Assembly (NCBI GenBank): GCA_038062745.1
Contig: JBBTWO010000007.1
Coordinates: forward strand, 1 to 55,991
Direction: 5' to 3'
DNA from: Patescibacteria group bacterium
GTDB taxonomy: Bacteria > Patescibacteriota > Microgenomatia > UBA8517
DNA length: 55,991 nt
Below, piece by piece: positions 51,622 through 55,991 of this stretch (the first letter of the stretch is position 1; each line of letters begins with the position of its first letter). The position numbers and the translations under genes were made by a program. The notes below the pieces were generated by a model. That model saw only the letters and a list, made by a program, of their open reading frames with translations, made no database searches and was not told the DNA's origin.

Positions 51622-52224
51622 TTAAAGTAGCACGTAAGGATTAGACATTATTTTTCCTACAAGAAATATGTTTTTTGGTGCTAATTTGCAATTAAAGATC
51701 AAGTCTCCTACTTCAAAACCCACATTCTCTGACGAACTTTCAAATATAGAAATCGAAAAAGATTTGATCCAATATGGTTTGTTAGTTTTTTTGTTTTCAT
51801 TATTATCTACGATAGGTTTCCCAACTAAATAAAAGAATAGGTGATAGCAAATAAAATACCATTTCTTAGTTGTACCCACAAAAGCATAATTGCAACCGAT
51901 CGTTTTTAATAAACTGAGTAACTCATCTTTAAGTTTTTCTATAAATAAAATATGAAGCTTGTTGGGTAAATAAGAAAGTAAGTCACCATCTAAGTCGTAT
52001 TTGTGACAGGCGGTTGTAAGTTCTTCTAATAATTCCCTTGCTTGTTTGCGATCCATTTTGGGATGAAGACACCAGTTAGTAAAGAAATACAATAAGGGAT
52101 ATTCTTTTTCTTTTTGTTCGACCTCTATGTATAGACGCAAATCGCGAAACAGTAATCCGATATTATCCTCTGTTGTAGCCCAATTTTTAATTCGACCACA
52201 AACACGCTTAATATATGAGTTCAT
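51622..52224 (-). CDS. Hypothetical protein abutting the 3' end of tRNA-Asn
   Basis: 200-aa ORF. Its ATG lies 4 nt from the tRNA-Asn discriminator base. No motif recognised. Confidence 0.5.
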   Translation of the reverse strand: MNSYIKRVCGRIKNWATTEDNIGLLFRDLRLYIEVEQKEKEYPLLYFFTNWCLHPKMDRKQARELLEELTTACHKYDLDGDLLSYLPNKLHILFIEKLKDELLSLLKTIGCNYAFVGTTKKWYFICYHLFFYLVGKPIVDNNENKKTNKPYWIKSFSISIFESSSENVGFEVGDLIFNCKLAPKNIFLVGKIMSNPYVLL

Positions 52225-52227
52225 CCA

Positions 52228-52300
52228 GCTCCCCGAGTAGGATTCGAACCTACGACCTCGATCTTAACAGGATCTCGCGCTACCGCTGCGCCATCGGGGA
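52228..52300 (-). tRNA. tRNA-Asn (anticodon GTT)
   Basis: The minus strand reads TCCCCGATGGCGCAGCGGTAGCGCGAGATCCTGTTAAGATCGAGGTCGTAGGTTCGAATCCTACTCGGGGAG. The acceptor is TCCCCGA/TCGGGGA, the anticodon loop is CTGTTAA and the T-arm is GTAGG-TTCGAAT-CCTAC. Confidence 0.85.
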
Positions 52301-52390
52301 TTAATGTGCTTTTTGCAAAATCTCCTTTGCAGGGTAAATTATAACATTGGCCTTGTCCTAAATCTAGGCATGATGTTAGAATGTTTTGTC

Positions 52391-52690
52391 ATGAATTTTA
52401 AGCAAAAAGTATATGAAATAACTGACAGAATCCCCAAAGGCAAAGTTGCAACATATGGTCAAATTGCAAAAATGGCTGGAAGTCCTGGAGCGGCACGAGC
52501 AGCTGGAATGTTCATGAGAATAAACCGTAACGCCCCCCAAACGCCGAGTCATCGAGTGGTTGCTTGGGATGGCAGTCTTACAGGTTATTCAGCAGGGGAA
52601 GGGGTTTCGACAAAAAGACAGATGCTCATATCAGAAGGGGTAAAATTCAAAGGAAACAAGGTCGATTTGGCTCTGTCAGGCTGGAAATGA
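52391..52690 (+). CDS. MGMT-family DNA-binding-domain protein lacking the catalytic Cys (alkyltransferase-like, Ser variant)
   Basis: The start is taken at MNFKQKVYE (ATG 52391). The segment GKVATYGQIAKMAGSPGAARAAGMFMRINRNAPQTPSHRVV.WDGSLTGY aligns to the Ogt/Ada C-domain. PSHRV replaces the PCHRV active site. Confidence 0.7.
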   Translation: MNFKQKVYEITDRIPKGKVATYGQIAKMAGSPGAARAAGMFMRINRNAPQTPSHRVVAWDGSLTGYSAGEGVSTKRQMLISEGVKFKGNKVDLALSGWK

Positions 52691-52806
52691 GTACAAATTA
52701 ATATCCCATAACAATCACAAAGATTGTGTGATATACTACTTCCAGTACTTCAAGTTCAAGGCACCTATTATTTTACTGCTTTGCCTTGATTTAGATTTTC
52801 AATAAT

Positions 52807-54018
52807 ATGTATAACCGATCACGTAACAGTAGATCTGGAGGGGGCAATTTTGGCCGTTTCCAGGGTAGTTCAAGAGGTAGTCGTGGCCCTTCCAGATTTG
52901 GAAGACGCCCAGCAGCACCTCTTAATCCTGCTGTCTATGTGTTTAAAGCCCAAGAAGCTCAAGCTGCTGTAGAGGAATATATACCTACTAATCAGTTCAG
53001 TGATTTTGAAATTGCCGACCAATTAAAGAAAAACATTAATGCAAAAGGCTACACTAACCCAACTCCTATTCAGGATCAAACAATTCCACTTTTACTGGAG
53101 GGTCGTGACGTTGTTGGTATTGCCAATACTGGTACTGGTAAAACTGCAGCTTTTTTGTTGCCTTTGATTAACAAAGTGCTTTTAAATAGAGATAAAAATG
53201 TATTGATTGTTGCCCCAACCCGTGAATTAGCAGTTCAAATTGAAGATGAATTTAGAGTTTTTGCAGGCAATACCCAGATTTATTCTGCCTTATGTATTGG
53301 TGGAGTAGGACTTGGAAATCAAATCCACCGCCTTCGGATGAATCCTAATTTTGTTATTGGAACACCAGGAAGATTGATGGATCTAGAAAAACAAGGCAGA
53401 CTTAATCTGTATAACTTTGACAGCATTGTTTTGGATGAGGTTGATCGCATGCTAGACATGGGATTTATCGCCGACGTTCAAAAGATAATTGCCAAACTAC
53501 CAAGAAATAGACAATCTTTGTTTTTTTCAGCTACCACTAATCCTAAGGTAGACAGTATTATGAGGACTTTTTTGAATAATCCAGTTTCTGTAACCATTAA
53601 GTCTGCACATTCTATTACCAATATTGATCAAGATATTGTCAGAGTTGGAAATCGTGACAAAGTAAGTGTTTTGGAAGAAATGCTTAGACAGCAGGAGTTT
53701 GATAAAGTTTTAGTTTTTGGTCGCACCAAACATAGTATTGAAAAACTGGCTCGTGAATTGGCAAGTAGACGCATTAAAGTTGCCTCGATTCACGGCAATA
53801 AGAATCAAAACCAAAGACAACGCGCCTTGGCTGATTTTAAGGAGGGCTACATTCAAGTTTTGTTGGCCACAGACGTTGTTTCCCGAGGAATTGACGTTAA
53901 TGATGTTACCCACGTTATTAATTTTGACGAACCAGAAAGCTATGAAGACTACATTCACCGCATCGGACGAACCGGTCGAGCTGGCAAAACTGGTAAGGCT
54001 TTAACCTTCTTAAGTTAA
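52807..54018 (+). CDS. DEAD-box ATP-dependent RNA helicase
   Basis: 403 aa with an Arg/Gly/Ser-rich N-tail. Motifs present are the Q-motif/Ia region GYTNPTPIQDQ, motif I ANTGTGKTAAF, motif II DEVD, motif III SAT, and motif VI HRIGRTGRAG. Confidence 0.9.
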   Translation: MYNRSRNSRSGGGNFGRFQGSSRGSRGPSRFGRRPAAPLNPAVYVFKAQEAQAAVEEYIPTNQFSDFEIADQLKKNINAKGYTNPTPIQDQTIPLLLEGRDVVGIANTGTGKTAAFLLPLINKVLLNRDKNVLIVAPTRELAVQIEDEFRVFAGNTQIYSALCIGGVGLGNQIHRLRMNPNFVIGTPGRLMDLEKQGRLNLYNFDSIVLDEVDRMLDMGFIADVQKIIAKLPRNRQSLFFSATTNPKVDSIMRTFLNNPVSVTIKSAHSITNIDQDIVRVGNRDKVSVLEEMLRQQEFDKVLVFGRTKHSIEKLARELASRRIKVASIHGNKNQNQRQRALADFKEGYIQVLLATDVVSRGIDVNDVTHVINFDEPESYEDYIHRIGRTGRAGKTGKALTFLS

Positions 54019-54414
54019 TTAATAAGTATTATATTCTTCAGGGAACCACTCAATTGGAGTCATATCATCTGGTTCACCATTATAGTTGATGAGAATTTCT
54101 TCACCCTTTTTAATTGATTTAATGGCTCTATAGGTCATGGTGTTGTCTCTAAAGTTTTGCTTCCAGTCTGCATTTGGTTCAAAAGAGTGGTTGTAAATGG
54201 ATCCATAGCCAAAAACAACAGCTGCGCTTCTGGTACTTCTCCAGGGATAAATGTACGTGGCCATAATGGTTTTTTCACACCATTTTCTCTCCCTTGGGGT
54301 AAGTTTCAAGACAGGACATTTCTCAATGATTTCGCCTGCTTTGAAATTTTTCATTGCATAGACCCCTCTACCTTTTGTTTTTGAGATTCTTTTTATTTCG
54401 ACTTTGTATCGCAT
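54019..54414 (-). CDS. SET-domain protein (putative lysine methyltransferase)
   Basis: 131 aa. Motifs are GRGVYAMKNFKAGEII, the NHS(F)EPN block (IYNHSFEPNA) and GEEILINY. Confidence 0.7.
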   Translation of the reverse strand: MRYKVEIKRISKTKGRGVYAMKNFKAGEIIEKCPVLKLTPRERKWCEKTIMATYIYPWRSTRSAAVVFGYGSIYNHSFEPNADWKQNFRDNTMTYRAIKSIKKGEEILINYNGEPDDMTPIEWFPEEYNTY

Positions 54415-54426
54415 GCGTTATTAAGC

Positions 54427-55956
54427 CTAGCGTAAATATTGCCTTTTCTCAATAGTTATTTGATCAAGTATTATCGATTCAATAAGTTTTGTATCTTCAA
54501 AGTTTTTGCTCCATTTATCGAATCGATCTTGATCAACAATGGGTTCTTTAATCAAAAATAATAGTTTGTCGCAACCAAGAGTGGGGGTATTGTAGTTGAA
54601 CTCTCCTCCTGGAATGTAAATATACTTATGGGACTTTGGATATACCTCATAGTGACAAGGAATATGGCCGTATTTTGCTTTTCCATACCACCAAAAAAGA
54701 TAATCATATGGGTAATTAAAATAGGAATTAGTCATATATGTGTAGACATTAAAGCCATTTTCTTCGTTTTTGGTATAAATCCAATCAAGCACTTTCATTT
54801 GGCTACTTAAGACTCCAGGATTATTGTTTGGCGCTAGATATTGAATATATCTGGGAATAAAGATTGCTGTTTGGCAGACAATGATAATTGTAAAAACTAC
54901 AATTCCAATCTGCTTTTTAAGTTGTGATAGCAATATTGTTGTTGAGACAAAAATTAAGGTTGGCAAATAAACTGTGTGCCAATCTCTCCAACCTTTGTTG
55001 GTTGAAAAGAAAGCAAGAGAAACTACAAATATAAGTCCTGTTAATGATGCGAACAAGTAAGCATATTGGTTTTTGTTTTTCTGGCGAATATATAAATAAA
55101 TAACTACTGCTAAAATTAATGCACTTATTAGTAAGCTTTGGGGGATTGTTGAATCAGCGATAATTTTTCCAAATTGAGCAACCATTTTAAAAAAATTAGT
55201 TCCTGAAAATATACCCCTGGTATTTTCTAATTGCTGGGGGTTTTTAAAAATGGAAAAGGCTTGTTTTGCCACAAATAAACAAGCAATCCCAGGGAGTGTA
55301 AAGGTTGTCAGTAAATAATTTTTGAGGTTTATTTTCCTTTTGAGAAAAAGATACAAACCGACACAGACAAAGAAAAGATATATCGCTGCCGCACTGGCAA
55401 GGTCAGCATTGAAGGCCAGTAAAACAGGAACTAAGGACAGGTAATAATATTTCTTGTGTTTTCTTTGAACAAACAAGACAAGTAAAACAATAAGTACGAC
55501 TGCCAAAAAAACTGTAGGGAAAGGGTTAAAGGCAAATCTTGAAGTGTCATAAAAAGGCCAAAATATTTGTAGACCAACAGCCCCAAACCATGAATATAAT
55601 TTCGAAATGTATTTATATATAAAAAGAAATAAAATCACAGTTAGTAAAACATTTAGAATAGCCAACATTATTATTCCTCCAACGGGGTGACCAAACGAAA
55701 ATAAAAAGCCCAAGCCCAAAAAATAATACCAGCCAGGTCCGGCAAATATCCCTGGAATTGTTGTTTCAGGTCCTTTTAAAATTAACTGTTTTCTTTCAAT
55801 AATTTCTCTAACATATACAGCGTCTCTGCCTTGATCCATGGTGAAGAAGAAATTGCCATGCAAAATTGGTATGATTCGAATAGCAAATGAAAATAAAACC
55901 AAAACTATCAAAAGAAGCTTGGCTATTAATGGCAATTTTTTTAGTTGGTTTAGCAC
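54427..55956 (-). CDS. Polytopic membrane protein, GT-C/ArnT-PMT-like glycosyltransferase candidate
   Basis: 509 aa with ~10 or more TM helices in the first ~370 aa and a soluble C-terminal domain. The topology is typical of GT-C-fold enzymes, but no motif was verified. Confidence 0.35.
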   Translation of the reverse strand: MLNQLKKLPLIAKLLLIVLVLFSFAIRIIPILHGNFFFTMDQGRDAVYVREIIERKQLILKGPETTIPGIFAGPGWYYFLGLGFLFSFGHPVGGIIMLAILNVLLTVILFLFIYKYISKLYSWFGAVGLQIFWPFYDTSRFAFNPFPTVFLAVVLIVLLVLFVQRKHKKYYYLSLVPVLLAFNADLASAAAIYLFFVCVGLYLFLKRKINLKNYLLTTFTLPGIACLFVAKQAFSIFKNPQQLENTRGIFSGTNFFKMVAQFGKIIADSTIPQSLLISALILAVVIYLYIRQKNKNQYAYLFASLTGLIFVVSLAFFSTNKGWRDWHTVYLPTLIFVSTTILLSQLKKQIGIVVFTIIIVCQTAIFIPRYIQYLAPNNNPGVLSSQMKVLDWIYTKNEENGFNVYTYMTNSYFNYPYDYLFWWYGKAKYGHIPCHYEVYPKSHKYIYIPGGEFNYNTPTLGCDKLLFLIKEPIVDQDRFDKWSKNFEDTKLIESIILDQITIEKRQYLR

Positions 55957-55991
55957 TGCGAATTTATAGTATATATCCTAATAATATAATA

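Noticed and set aside
53710-54004. ORFs 53710..53958 (-) and 53717..54004 (+) inside the DEAD-box helicase gene
   Set aside because: They are alternative-frame or antisense shadows of a gene with a complete set of helicase motifs.
1-55991. CRISPR arrays, rRNA genes, transposase/IS elements, reverse transcriptase/DGR
   Set aside because: I saw no regularly spaced direct repeats with unique spacers and no rRNA-like conserved blocks. I also saw no DDE/Tnp-like or RT-like ORFs. The only recombinase seen is the serine recombinase at 36138..37685.
1-55991. Alternative genetic code (UGA recoded, as in some candidate phyla)
   Set aside because: Well-recognised genes end cleanly at TGA (for example dnaA at 773-775 and the serine recombinase). 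They show no in-frame TGA, so the standard bacterial code fits.

Overview
The window is low-GC, gene-dense and uses the standard genetic code (TGA is a stop). By inference it comes from a small-genome bacterium resembling Candidate Phyla Radiation/Patescibacteria. It starts in dnaA, followed by a DnaA-box/AT-rich oriC candidate and dnaN.

Immediately after dnaN lies a ~20-kb, almost entirely minus-strand type IV secretion-like locus (2150-22043). It encodes a VirB4 ATPase, a PrgI/VirB3-like protein, a VirB6-like polytopic protein and a polytopic protein ending in a CHAP-type hydrolase. It also encodes two very large secreted proteins (one with ~39 Cys, one ending in an SGNH/GDSL hydrolase) and eight tandem VirB2/TrbC-like two-helix 'pilin' paralogs. 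No coupling protein, relaxase or integrase is visible, and two divergent ORFan genes split the locus. This is my best candidate for an undescribed system.

The middle of the window (about 27.3-37.7 kb) looks like a genomic island ending in a large serine recombinase whose stop codon lies inside the 3' T-arm of ssrA (tmRNA), with smpB next door. The island carries a small gene split by a 1.4-kb brnTA cassette flanked by 23-bp in-frame direct repeats. It also carries a defence-like gene set: a PD-(D/E)xK candidate, a small HTH protein, a mini ATP-grasp/phosphohistidine-swivel protein, a TPR protein and an XRE regulator.

The remainder holds comF, six tRNAs (all four Ser isoacceptors, Arg, Asn), a free-standing LAGLIDADG endonuclease, dnaG-rpoD and an AbiE-like module. 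Next to tRNA-Asn is a run of small accessory genes punctuated by five copies of a ~27-nt motif. After that come an MGMT-like protein lacking the catalytic Cys, a DEAD-box helicase, a SET-domain protein and a polytopic membrane protein. No rRNA or CRISPR array was seen. All functional calls come from reading motifs by eye; no searches were run.
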